A stretch of DNA of 64,000 bases from NCBI GenBank assembly GCA_963829055.1, contig CAWHHI010000012.1, positions 480,001 to 544,000 of the forward strand, read 5' to 3'. The stretch's first letter is position 1. Each line of letters begins with the position of its first letter. Both the position numbers and the translations under genes were made by a program. The notes beneath the pieces were generated by a model that was not told where the DNA came from, made no database searches, and saw nothing but the letters and a program-made list of their open reading frames with translations. The DNA is from an uncultured Gemmatimonadaceae bacterium (GTDB taxonomy: Bacteria > Gemmatimonadota > Gemmatimonadetes > Gemmatimonadales > Gemmatimonadaceae). Below are positions 22,001-33,700 of this stretch, piece by piece.

Positions 22001-25000
22001 CCGTTGATGGAATCGCCCGCGGCGGCGAACGGCAGGCGCACGTGGACCCAGCACAGCGGGGTCGTGAGCGGCCGCGCGCCGTTCGGATCGTCCGACCCGC
22101 GCGCCGCACTCGCCCACGCGGTCGTAGCTGGTCGAGTCCGTGAGATCGACGATGTACCGAAGGAGTCGCTCGTCGGTGCGCATCGAGTTGTCGGCGTCGA
22201 GATCCTCCTCGTCGAGGCGGCTGTTGGCAACGGTACAGTTCACGCGGGCATCGCCTAACGCTCGAACGCGGATGTCGCCGCGGGTGCAGATGCGCACGCC
22301 CGTGTCCGCACGCGGCGACGCCACTGCTCGACGACGACGAGCGTGTCGACCACGTCGCCCGGGAGGCCGGTGTCGTTGACGTCGACGTTGAAGGCGCGCG
22401 AGAACGGGTCGCGCTCGGAATCGAGCCGGTTGTAGCTTTGCAGCTTTTTTCCCGTGTACGTGCTGTCGACCGTTCCTCCCTGCCCTGTTCCCGACGGTAA
22501 GACGTCTCGGGTGCGAATGCCACCGAATTCTCCGACACGTCACCCAGGTCCAACACCAGAATGGGGTTCGATGACCGCCGTACCGCGTTCGTATCCACCA
22601 GCGCCCAGAACTCGATCGTCTCTACGCCAGTGAGATCCGCGCCCGACGGGCCTAACGAGGTGCGGATCGATCGCCACCGCGGGCCCGGCAACGTGTTCGA
22701 CGACCTTCCAGCGATAGGTGTTCGTGGTCGGATCGCGCTGTCCGCCAATCGCCAGCGGGTAGAGCGTGAGCCACAACAGTGTTTCCGGCGCCGAGACCCC
22801 GGCGCCCACGATGTTCGTCTGCGGGTCGATCTGCTCGATCGTGAACCGCACGTCGTTGCCGCTGCGATCGGTGCCGTTCGTCTGCCACGCCAGCGTCGTC
22901 GCCCGCGCGAGATCGAGCGCGCGTGCGCCGACGCGCCCCGGCAAGCGCGCGCCTAACGTCGGCTGACTGCTGTAGTACCACGCGTTGTCAGCCAGCGACA
23001 CCGTGAGCCCCCCTTCTCCCTCGAACGACTCGATGTACGCCTGCCCCTTCGAGTTCGGCCGCGGCCGGCTCACCGCGAACTCGCCCTGCAGCTCGATCTG
23101 TCGACGGGCCGACGAGGCTGTCGCGGAAGGGCATCGACCGGCCGATGAAACGCCCGAGCGGCGTCGGCATCGAACAGGAACGCGCCGTTGACTCCGGCGA
23201 CGAATGACGACGCCGGCTCGTAGCCGAGCGGCGGCCGATGTGAACGTCGTTCGCTGCGACTGCGAGATTGCCGTGAAGTTGAGCGCTCCGTGTTCGCCAG
23301 CGAACTGCGTCGTGATGCCGAAGATCGACGTCGGAGTCGTCGTGAACAGCGGATTCTCCTCGTAGCTGCACGCGCACGCGCCGCGCGAACGGAAACAGCG
23401 TGTCGGGACGCGCGAACGTCACGCGACCCAGCTCGTAGTCGATCTGGTAGTCCACGCCGCGCACGAGCTGGCGGCCGTCGATCAGGATACGCTCGGATCC
23501 CTGACGCAGCTGCACCGCGTTCAGCGCCAGCGTTCCGACCTCGTCGCCGACCTGTGACTCGTAGCGTCACGCGCAGCCGGTAGAACGACTGCGGGTGCCG
23601 CGTGGAGTAGAGGTATTCATCCGGCGTCCGGTAGATCGTGTCGTTCGCCGGATTCTCCAGCGGACCGGCGAGTCCCGCGCGCGCGAATGGCTGCAGCGAC
23701 GGGAAGACAAGGAAGAAGTCGCGGATGACGTCCTCGACGCCACCTCCCTGCGCCACGATCCGGTTCGGATCGTTAGGTCTCGGCCACAGTCGGTTGTCCG
23801 CATCGAAGCGTGCGTTGTTCGTCGCCTCCGCGATGCGGAACTGCTGGATGTACGTGTCCGCGCCACCGGCAGCCGGCTTCTCCTGTTCGGCGCTCCCGCC
23901 GGTGAGGATGCGAAGCTGAACGGTCTCGCGCCGCACGTCGCGTACCGCCGATGCGATAGACGGAGCGGATCTCTCGGCGGAAGGCAGGATCGTCCGGCGT
24001 GACCTTCGGATCCCACAGCAGGTTCGCGAACTGATCTCGCCCCGACACGAACTCGAGGTCGGGCGTCCCGCCCGTGCTCACGATCGTCGTGTCGCTGCCC
24101 ATTGATGCGCACGTTGTAGGCGACCACGAGCCGCTCGCTGTTCTGACTCAGCGGCGTGACGAGCGCGAACCACAGGAGCGACGGATCGATGTAATAGTCG
24201 ACGCGCTCCCGGAGCAGCTCGTACACCTGGCCACGCTGCGATGTCGGGTCGCCAATGATCCGGAACTGCGGGCCGTTCGGATTGCGCGGCTGTCCGCCAA
24301 GCAGCAGGCGGTACACGAACACCTTCGACGGCCGCACGGAATCGGGCAGGGCCGCCGGCGAGCGCGGAGAGCTGGCGACGGTTGAGGATGTCGACGTTGG
24401 GGTACGCCGCCCCGAACAGCAGCGGGTCGACGGTGAAGAAGAACCGCCTCGGCTCGATCTGATAGTCCTCGATGTCTCGCGTCCGTTGCTGGACCGTCCG
24501 GTCGCCGACGATGAAAATCGACGTCCTGCACGACGTTGCCCTTCTGCTGCGCGGCGATGGCCGAGAACGTCATCGGGCCAATGCGGCCGGCGGCCTGGAC
24601 GCCGTAGTTGCCGCTCGGAATGCCGGACGTGAGGAAGCGCGAGGTCGGCGGCGCGAACGAGACGTTCCCGACCTCGAGGCGCTGAAGGAACTCGTTGCCC
24701 TTCCCCTCGTAGCGGATGGAGATGTTGTTCGAGGCGTCGAACTCGCGCTGGGTGTCGTAGTCGACGTCCACGTGGACACGGTCGGCGACCGTACCCCGCG
24801 TGAGCAGGTTGAACTGAAAGTCGAACGTCGGTTGGAAGCTGCCCTGGCAGCTGAACGCGGTCGCGAACAGTTGCGTGGAGCCACACCGGTCGTTCTTGAC
24901 CTGCTCGCCCTTGACCTCGAGCCGGGAGTTCAGCCGCAGGTCCAGCTTCTCGAAGCCTGGCGGCAGCGACCCGGCCAGGTTTCCAGCGCTGTCAGTCTTG

Positions 25001-25212
25001 GCGCGCGCTGTGTCCCGGGTCGCGCGGCCGGCGGATCGTGTCGCCGGGCTGGCGGATCGTGTCCCGCGGAGCGCTCCGTCCAGTGGTGTCTCGACGGACC
25101 GTGTCCTGGACCGCGCTGACACCATCGGCGCGTCTCCGTCCCCACTCGCCCACGCGACCGACGGCAGGCACGCGAGGACGGCGACCAGACCAACCGAGAG
25201 GACGCGCACCAA
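19000..25212 (-). CDS. sprA: SprA-like giant outer-membrane beta-barrel protein (about 2000 aa), many apparent frameshifts
   Basis: SprA-like motifs in the expected order across frames: DYDTQREFDASNNISIRYEG..LEVGNVS, LVRGVDYQIDYELGRVTF, LDEEDLD, INERSLRL, FIKIGRDPNNFYLY, PNLGSVQELAVGI, EVWVDDIRL. C-terminus QMQFFAGDLR. Confidence 0.78.
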
Positions 25213-25429
25213 ATGACGAGAGGAGGGTAGCAGCTAAGGCGTGCGAGATTGGAGGGAGGTCGGGACGCGGCACACGAAGCCTCACGCGGACCTTGAATTC
25301 ACCCTCTGGGCGGGTGGAATATTCTGGCTGCCCTACGCCCTTCTACGACAGGGGCTGAGCCAGGTTCCCGTGAGTGTCCGACGTAACCTTCGCCAGCTAC
25401 CCTGACGGCCCGAGCGAGCTGATCGTCGC

Positions 25430-27285
25430 GTGAAGATAATCAACAAGTATGTGCTGCAAGAGCACGTCGGGCCGCTCGTGTTCGCCCTGACGGCGCTCAC
25501 GTCGCTGCTGCTGCTCAACTACATCGCCAAGCGATTCGGTGACCTCGTGGGCAAGGGCCTCGGCTGGTGCGTCATCGGCGAGTTCTTCCTGCTCTCGGTC
25601 CCGTTCACCGTCGCCATGACGCTGCCGATGGCGGTGCTCGTGTCGACGCTGTACGCGTTCAGCCGCCTGGCGGCCGAGAACGAGATCACGGCGCTCAAGG
25701 CGAGCGGCGTCGGCATGACGCGCGTGCTCGTGCCCGGTGCTCGTTGCGGCGCCACGGTCATGGCCGTGTTCATGCTCTTCTTCAACGATCAGGTGCTGCC
25801 GCGCGCGAACCATCGGCTCAGCACGCTCCAGCAGGACATTGCCCGCAAGAAGCCGACGTTCGCGCTCAAGTCGCAGGTGCTCAACGAGGTGTCGCCGGGC
25901 AAGCTGTTCGCTCAAGGCCGACTACATCGATCAGTCCACGAGCTGGCTCCAGGTCGTCACGATCTACGACTTCTCCGACCCGTCCGGCGCCGGACGATCT
26001 ATGCGGACAGCGGCAAGATGGAGCTGGTCGGCGACGATCTCCTGCTGACGCTGCTACAGCGGCAACATGCAGGAAGTGCCGAAGAACGATCCGACGCAGC
26101 TGCAGCGCCTGTTCTACGACATCGACCGCGTTCGCGTCGCGGAACGTCGTGAACTCGCTGACGCGCTCGGACAGCGACGAACACGTACAAGGGCGACCGC
26201 GAGATGTCCGTCTGCGAGATGCAGAAGGAGTTCGCGTCGCACGAGCTGGACTTCGCAGGTGGCGCAGCTACTCGCTGGAGCACGCGCTGGTGTCTGCCGT
26301 ACGCGAGCTGACGACGGGCACGCCCGCCGTTGCGCTCGAGCCGACGTCGTCGATGCCGCCGTCCGCCGGCATCGAGACGAGGCGAGCTCGCAGGCCGGGC
26401 ACACGCTCGCTCCCGCGCGGCTTCAAGCCGCAGCTGTCACGCACGCATTGGCGGCGCGTACTGCAGCCTCATGCGCGAAGTTCGAGAAGGCGAAGCTGCC
26501 GCCGCTCGTGAAGTCGGCGAGTGCGGCCGAGCCTCCGCGCACAACAGCCAGCGCAGGATACGGCGCAAGCAGCACGACTCGGCGCCACAGCGCGCATACT
26601 CATGGGCGGGGCCAGCACCGGAGCCGTCACCGACGCGCGCCCGTTCGAAGTCCGCCACGTGGGCGCGCCTAACGGTGCCAGCCGCCGGGGTCGCGGTCGT
26701 ACCGGGCGCCGCCGATCGCGCCAGCCGCGCGCCGGTGCCCGCGCGACTGCCGGTTCCACCGCGCTGTCGTGCCAGGCGTTCATCCCTGTCGTACCGCGGG
26801 AGCCGACGTCAGCCGCCGCCGTGCTCGACGTCGACTGCGGCGATCGAGACGGCTCGCGGCCGCATGCTCGAGAACCGGACGACGATGAACCGCTACGACG
26901 TCGAGATTCAGAAGAAGTTCGCGCTCTCGGCGGCGTGCATCGTGTTCGTGCTCATCGGCGCGCCGATCGCGCTGCGGTTCCCGCGCGGCGGCGTCGGTCT
27001 CGTGATCGGCGTGAGCCTCGGCGTCTTCGCGATCTACTACGTCGGCCTCATCGCGGGCGAATCGCTCGCGGACCGCGCGTTCCTCACTCCGTTCTGGGCC
27101 ATGTGGGCCGCCAACGTGATTCTCACGATCGTCGGGCTCGTTGCTCCTGGCGCGCATGGGACGCGAGGGCGCGACGTCGCGCGGCGGAGACCTGTCGGAG
27201 CTGATCGACGCGCATACGTGCCAACCTCGCGAAGCTCGGGCGCCGGATTGGCTTCCCCGCCGAACGCCGCCACCGGACTGCCTGA
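25430..27285 (+). CDS. lptF: LptF/LptG-family permease with long low-complexity insertion, frameshifted
   Basis: MKIINKYVLQE, TLPMAVL, ENEITALKASG, YDVEIQKKFALSAACIVFVLIGAPI, WAMWAAN. Confidence 0.8.
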
Positions 27286-28385
27286 TGCGACGACGGACTC
27301 ATTCGACCACTCGACCGATACGTCTTCTCGGAGTTCTGGAAGATCTTCATGATGACGGCGTTGGGATTCCCACTGCTGATCATCATCATCGATCTCACGG
27401 ACAACCTCGACAAGTATCTCAACCGCCAGTTGCCGCGGTCGATCAGATCGCGCTGAGCTACCTGTATTTCATCCCCGATTCGATGTTCCTCGTGATGCCG
27501 GCCGCGGTGCTGTTCGCGACCGTCTTCTCGATCGGCGCCCTAACGCGGCACTCCGAGATCACCGCGGCGAAGGCGTCAGGCATCAGCTTCTACCGCCTGA
27601 CGCTGCCGATCTACCTCGGCGCGATCTTCGCGGCCGGCGCTGGCCCTCGCGCTCGGCGAGCTCGTGCCGATCACGAACTCCAAGCGCGCCGATCTGCTCG
27701 AGGAGAAGAAGTTCCGGCCGGGAAGCGATCGCTACAACTTCGCGTTCGCGGCCGAGCGCGGGCGCGTGTACAAGATCAGCTCCCTGAACGCCGAGAAGGG
27801 CAAGCTCGAGGGGCATCGAGATCGAGCGCAAAGGGCAAGGGGCTCGACTATCCGACGTACGTGCTCACTGCCGATCAGGGCGACTGGAACGCGAAGCGTG
27901 GCTGGGCGCTGACGAAGGGCGCGATCCATGTGATTCCCTCCGATACGCTCGCGGACGTCACGTTCGCGTTCGACTCGCTCCACGATCAGTGCAATGCGTG
28001 AGGCACCGACCGGAGCTGATCGCGACGCCGAAGGCCCCGCAGGAGATGGGGTATCGCGCGCTGAGTCGCTACATTGCGTCGCTCGAGCGGTCGGGGGGCG
28101 ACGCGAACGAGCTGCGCGTGGAGCGCGCGCTCAAGATCGCGATTCCCATCACCTGCATCATCATCGCGCTGTTCGGCGCGCCCCTTGCCACGAGCACGCA
28201 GCGCGGCGGTGCCGCGTACGGCATCGGCATCAGCCTCGCGACGACGGTCATCTTCCTGATGCTGATCCAGCTCACGAAGGCGGTCGGCGGAAAGGGTCTC
28301 ATCCCGCCGGAGGTCGCGGCGTGGATGCCGAACGCGGTGTTCGCGATGATCGGCACTGGTGATGCTGGCGAGGGTGAGAACGTGA
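27285..28385 (+). CDS. lptG: LptF/LptG-family permease, frameshifted
   Basis: RPLDRYVFSEFWKIF, HSEITAAKASGIS, KIAIPITCIIIALFGAPL, AAWMPN. Confidence 0.8.
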
Positions 28386-28389
28386 TCAT

Positions 28390-28507
28390 CGGGAATGGGG
28401 AATCGGGAATCGGGAATCGAAAACCGCACGTGGCTACACGCGCGAGACACCGCGCAGCCGCGCGGTCTGCGCTAGCCGATTCCCGATTCCCCATTCCCGA
28501 TTCCCGA
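28390..28507. repeat. Inverted pair of (GGGAATC)n / (GATTCCC)n heptamer arrays between lptG and mlaE
   Basis: cgggaatggggaatcgggaatcgggaatcg ... cgattcccgattccccattcccgattcccga. Confidence 0.85.
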
Positions 28508-29357
28508 TGACATTCGGCGCGCATTACGAGCACCGCCCAACCGAAGCGTTCCCCGTCATGCAGCGGACGGGGATCAAGTTCTTCCGGAAGGTCACCCAGG
28601 GCGGGGCGCGGCATCTTCGCCGGCATCGGCCAGCGCGGCTACTTCATCCGCGACATCTTCCGCGCGTTCTCCGAGCCCGCCACGTGGGGCCGCGAGACGC
28701 TCGGGCAAATGCGGAACATCGGCGTCGACTCGGTGCCGCTCGTTATGATCGTGGCCGGGTTCCTCGGCGCGGTGACCGCGTTCCAGGCGTTCTATCAACT
28801 CTTCGCGGGTGTCCAGCTTTCCGTGCTCGGTCTCCTCGTGCGCGGCAGCATCGTGCTCGAGCTCGGGCCGCTGCTCACGGCACTCGTGCTCACGGGCCGC
28901 GTCGGCGCGCGCATGACCGCGGAGATCGGCACGATGCGCGTCACCGAGCAGATCGATGCGCTCGAGACGCTCGCCTACGATCCGATCGCGTACCTCGTGG
29001 TGCCGCGCTTGTTGGCGGCGCTGCTCATGCTGCCCGTCCTCACGATCATTGCGAACGCGACGGCGATCGTGCAGCGCGTGGCTGACGCTCATCATCGCCA
29101 CGACCGCGACGACGAACGACTACGTGACCGGCTTGCGTCTCAGCTTCGCGCCGTTCCAGGTCGTCTACAGCGTGATCAAGGCGGTGTGCTTCGGTGGCGC
29201 GATCGCCATCGTCTGCTCGTACGAGGGCTACGTGACGGGTGCGGGCGCCGAGGGTGTGGGGCGGTCGACGGCGAAGGCGGTCGTCATCGCGTCGACGTCG
29301 ATCCTGGTGCTCGACGCGATCGTCGCGGCGGTATTTGCCCAGTTCATCGCCGCCTAA
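28507..29357 (+). CDS. mlaE: MlaE-family ABC permease, frameshifted
   Basis: IGVDSVPLV, ELGPLLTAL..GRVGA..TAEIGTMRVTEQIDAL, GAEGVGRST. Confidence 0.9.
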
Positions 29358-29386
29358 CGAACGTGTCGTTTCGATACGTCGCCAGT

Positions 29387-29537
29387 GTCATTCCGAGCGC
29401 GGTCTTGTCATTCCGAGCACAGCGCTCGCGACATGGGGCGTCGCGCCCGACCCGCTAAAACCGCCCGACACGGTTTCGGCCTGACGATTCCGGAACGACA
29501 CCTGCTAGGATTCGTCAGGCAATGGTCCCGGAATGAC
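29387..29537. repeat. Degenerate GTCATTCCG...CGGAATGAC REP-like element
   Basis: gtcattccgagcgc and gtcattccgagcac ... cccggaatgac. Ends related to the 17918 element. Confidence 0.5.
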
Positions 29538-29557
29538 GTAGTTCCAACCAATCCACT

Positions 29558-30439
29558 ATGAAACGACGAGACGAAGTTCTCGTCGGCATCCTGCTCACGG
29601 TCGGCGTTGTCATCGGCGTGCTCGGCACGATCTGGCTCGTGCGCGGCGGCTTCTCGAGAGGCTACCCACTCTACTCCCGCTTCAAGTGGGGCGCCGGTGT
29701 GAAGCAGGGACAGCCCGTGCGGCTGGCCGGCGTGCAGGTGGGCGTGGTGTCGGACGTCGAGCTCGACCCCAAGGGCACGATTCTCGTCACGATGAGCATC
29801 GAGAAGGTGTACTCGGTGCCGCGGAATTCGGTCGCCGCGGTGGTACCGGTCGGCATCTTCGGCGATCAGGAGATCGCGCTGACGCCGGCGGAGCCGAGCC
29901 CGATCTTCCTTCAACAAGGGTGACAGCGTTCCGCCAGCACTGCCAAAGGCAGGGCTTCCCGAGCTGACGGCGCGCGCCGATACGATATCGCAGCGGCTCG
30001 ATGACGTCGCGAAAGCGGTACAGGTCGAGCTCGTCGCGGGCGGCGGCATCGCGGACCTCCGGAAGACGCTCGCATCGACCAACGACCTCGCGCGCTCCCT
30101 GAGCGTGATCGCCACCGAGCAGTCGCGACAGCTCTCGCTCACGCTGACGCGCTTTCGGAACACCGCGGCCGCGCTCGATTCGACGCAGCTCGATTCGACG
30201 CTGCGCAATCTGCAGCTGACGTCGCACAATCTCGCGGCGTTCACGGACTCGTTGCGCGGTACGGCGCAGCAGCTCAACCGGTGCTCGCGAAGGCGAACAC
30301 GGGTGATGGAACGTTAGGCAAGCTGCTGAACGATCCGGGCCTCTACCACGACCTCCGCCGCCTGACGACTCGCCTCGACTCGCTGACGCTGGACTTCAAG
30401 AAGCACCCGAGGCGGTACATCAATCTCGAGATCTTCTAG
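29558..30439 (+). CDS. mlaD: MCE/MlaD-family protein, frameshifted
   Basis: MKRRDEVLVG+TM, GQPVRLAGVQVGVV, helical tail, GTLGKLLNDPGLY..DFKKHPRRYINLEIF*. Confidence 0.85.
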
Positions 30440-30702
30440 TCGCCAACCGAACGGCTTTCACTGCGGCGGACGTCGACGGACTGGTCGACCGCCGATCGAA
30501 GTCGAACGGCGAACGGATACCTCGGATCGAGCTGATTGATTCCGCAGTGGCGGGACGGATGCTGGCGCAACGGGCTGTTCGGCCATTCGGAGTCAGATCC
30601 GTAGATCCGGCAGATCCGTTCGCCCCCTTCGTCTGAGGGGCCGGCTGAAGTAGTCCTCCGGCGGTGAATTGGCAGTGCGCCGCAGTGGACCATAGCACCG
30701 AG

Positions 30703-30743
30703 ACCCCTCGCGGCGCGCTCGAATCGAGCGCGCCGCGAGGGGT
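30703..30743. terminator. Perfect hairpin downstream of the TonB-dependent receptor gene
   Basis: acccctcgcggcgcgctcga-a-tcgagcgcgccgcgaggggt. Confidence 0.6.
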
Positions 30744-30793
30744 TCCAACATCAGGCGAGTAGCGCCTAACGGTGCCCCACGTCCACCGCTCCG

Positions 30794-33700
30794 TTAGAAG
30801 CTGTACCGCATTGACACCTGCGTGCGCCAGAAGTTGCTGACCGTCGCGCCCGGGGCATACTCACCGCCAGCCGGCGGCGTGAACTGCACCACCGGAATCG
30901 CCGAGTTCGCGTTCACGTTGCCTGTGACCACGCCACCCGTGCCGACGTAGCCGACGTGCGTCACGAGCGGGACGTTGCTGTTCGTCGTCGTCGGGGTGAC
31001 GAATGCGCGACCCCACTGCTTGTTCAGCAGATTGCCGAAGTTGAAGATGTCGAGCTGAATGGAAAGCCGCTGGTCGGCGATCAAGGGCAGATTCTGGCGG
31101 ATTGCCAGGTCGACCTGACTCACGAACGGCTGACGGCAGGAGTTGCGCTGCAGGATCTCGCCGCGGTGATCCTTGAGACACTCGGAGCTGTTGATGAATG
31201 CGTCGAAGAGCGATGCCTGCTGCGCCGCCGAGCTCAGAACCGTCGTCACACCACCCGTCGTGCGCGTGATGTCCCGGAAACGGATCTCGTTCTGATCGCC
31301 GACGTTCCTCGGAATGTAGATCAGATCGTTGCCCTGTACGCCATCACCGTTCAGGTCACCGGCACCACCGCTGCCGCCGTAGATGTAATCGTGCGGCGGG
31401 CCCGACGCGCCCTGGTAGAAGACAGAGAAGTCCGTCGCGAGCTTCTTCAGCCAGTTGAGCGTGTACGTGCCGCTCGCGAGAATCTTGTGCGGCTGATCGA
31501 AGAGACTGATGCCGGTGAACGCATCTGCCTGCGGCCCGGAGAGCGTACGACCGAACTGCCAGTTCGAGATCGCCGTGCTCGACGTGAAGCTCTGGACGTC
31601 GCGAGCGCGTGAGTACGTATACGCCAGCATCCCCTCCCAGTTGTCCGAATACCGCTTCCGCAACTGGGCGGTGAGGTTGTACGCGAAATCCTTGCTCTGA
31701 TTCCGAAGATCGATCGCCGTGGTGAACCGCGCCGTACCACCATTCGCCGCGACAGCCGGCGGGAGGATCAGCGTCCGGTTTCCGTTCGCGGCGGCGACGG
31801 TCGTGATGTAGAGCGTGCGCCCGCCCTGCCCCGTGCCCTGCGGCGCGGTGACGTTCTCGCTCACCGTGAACAGCTGGTTCAGCGTGCGCGAATAGAGGCC
31901 CTCGAGCGTACCCACGAGGTTCCACGGCAGACGGCGGTCGTACGCGAGCGACACGCGCAGCGGCTGCGGGAACTTCAGATCCTTCGCCAGGAAGTTCACG
32001 TCGCCAATGGGCTTCGCGCCCGACCCGTTCCGGCACGTGTTGATGTTGGTCGGATCGACCTGGAACGCCGGTGCTGGCGTCGTCGCCGTGTTGCAGTTGA
32101 GGAACGTGATGATGTTGCCCGAGTTCACGTATGCGTTCTCGAGCCACACGTACGGCGGCGTGCCGACGAAGAGCCCGGCGCCACCGCGGAGCTGATTCGC
32201 CTGATTGCCCGTGATGTCCCAGTTGAAGCCGAGACGCGGGGAGAACTGCAGCGACGTCCCCGGAATGTCATCCGTGCGACGGCCATACGCGGAGTCGATC
32301 GGGGCGTTGTACGCGACGTCCTTGAGGAACGTGCTGAAGTCGAAGCGCATCCCGGCCGTGACGGCGAAGCGCGGCGAGACCTGCCACTGATCCTGCGCGT
32401 ACACCGCGTTCTGCAGCGCCGAGAAGTAGACGTTGCCGTCGTCCGAAAGCACGATCGCCTTGCGGAAGGTATTTGGATTGCCGGCAGCGAGACTGTCGAG
32501 GTTACGGAAGCTCCACACGCCTAACGAGCTCTGCGTGAACAGGTTCCGAAGCCAGACGTACTCGTTGCGCGACCCGACGGTGATCGTGTGGTTGCCCTTC
32601 GGGGCGAACGTGTAGTTCTCCGTCAGCTCCATCGTCTCCGTATCGAGCTGATTGCCCTGCGAGAACTGATCGGCCCCGGAGATGATCGTGGCGTTCCCGT
32701 TAGGCCCGACGACGCCGCCGCTGTTGATCGTGACCTGCGGGAAGGTGCTCTGGGGATCGCGTCGGTTGTACCACTTGTTGTAGCCGAGGAACAATTCGTT
32801 CGACGCGCCATTCTTGAAGTTCGAGAACAGCTGGAGCACCGGCGCGAGCTTCGTGTTCGTGAAGTCGTGGAAGTTGCTCGAGTACACCGCCGTCGTCGGG
32901 CTGCGGTTGTTCTGCTGACGTAGCCGCTCGCCCTTCGCGTAGTTGAAGCGGAACACGAGACGGTTCACGTCGTTTACGCGATAGTCGAGCCGCGCGAACG
33001 CGTTCGACAGCGGGTTGTCGATGTTGGTGTAGCCGGCCGTCCCGAGGCTCGTCGCGCCAAGTCCCGCCATGATCGTCTCGAAGCGCTGGCGATCCGCGTC
33101 GTTGACCGGAAACGCCTGGGGCGATCCGGCAGGCTGACCAGCGTACGGACCTGTGACCGGCGACTGCTCCTTCTGAAATTCCGGCGCGATGAAGAAGTGC
33201 AGCCTGTCCTTGATGATCGGGCCGCCGAGCGAGAACCCATACTGTGTTCGCTCGAACGGCGTCGCACGGAGAATGTTCGTATCGGCGCCGAACTTCTCGT
33301 TGCGATAGAACCAGTAGGCCGAGCCCTGCAGGGTGTTCGTCCCGCTCTTGGTGACGGCGTTGAGCAGCAGACCGCCGAAGTTGCCCTGCCGAACATCGAA
33401 CGGTGCGAGCAGCACCTGAAACTCCTTCACCGCTTCGATCGACACGTTCTTCGCATTCACCTCGGCGCCCGGCGCACCGGTGGAACCGAGACCGAACACG
33501 TCACGCTCGCTCGCGCCATCGATCTGCACGTTGTTCATGCGGTTCGACATGCCACCGCCGGAGTAGCCTGGTCCCGACGCGGACACCTGCGGCGTCAGCC
33601 GGATGAAGTCCGTGAGGTTGCGGGTGAGCGTCGGGAGACGCTGAATGGCCGTGTCCGAGACGATGGCCTTCGTGCCCGTGTTCGTGGGCGAGAAGTCCGC

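Noticed and set aside
9408..30439. Calling pilBC, sprA, lptFG and mlaED pseudogenes or programmed frameshifts
   Set aside because: The indels are numerous, regionally clustered and lack consistent slippery sites. Motifs are intact, so sequencing error is more likely.
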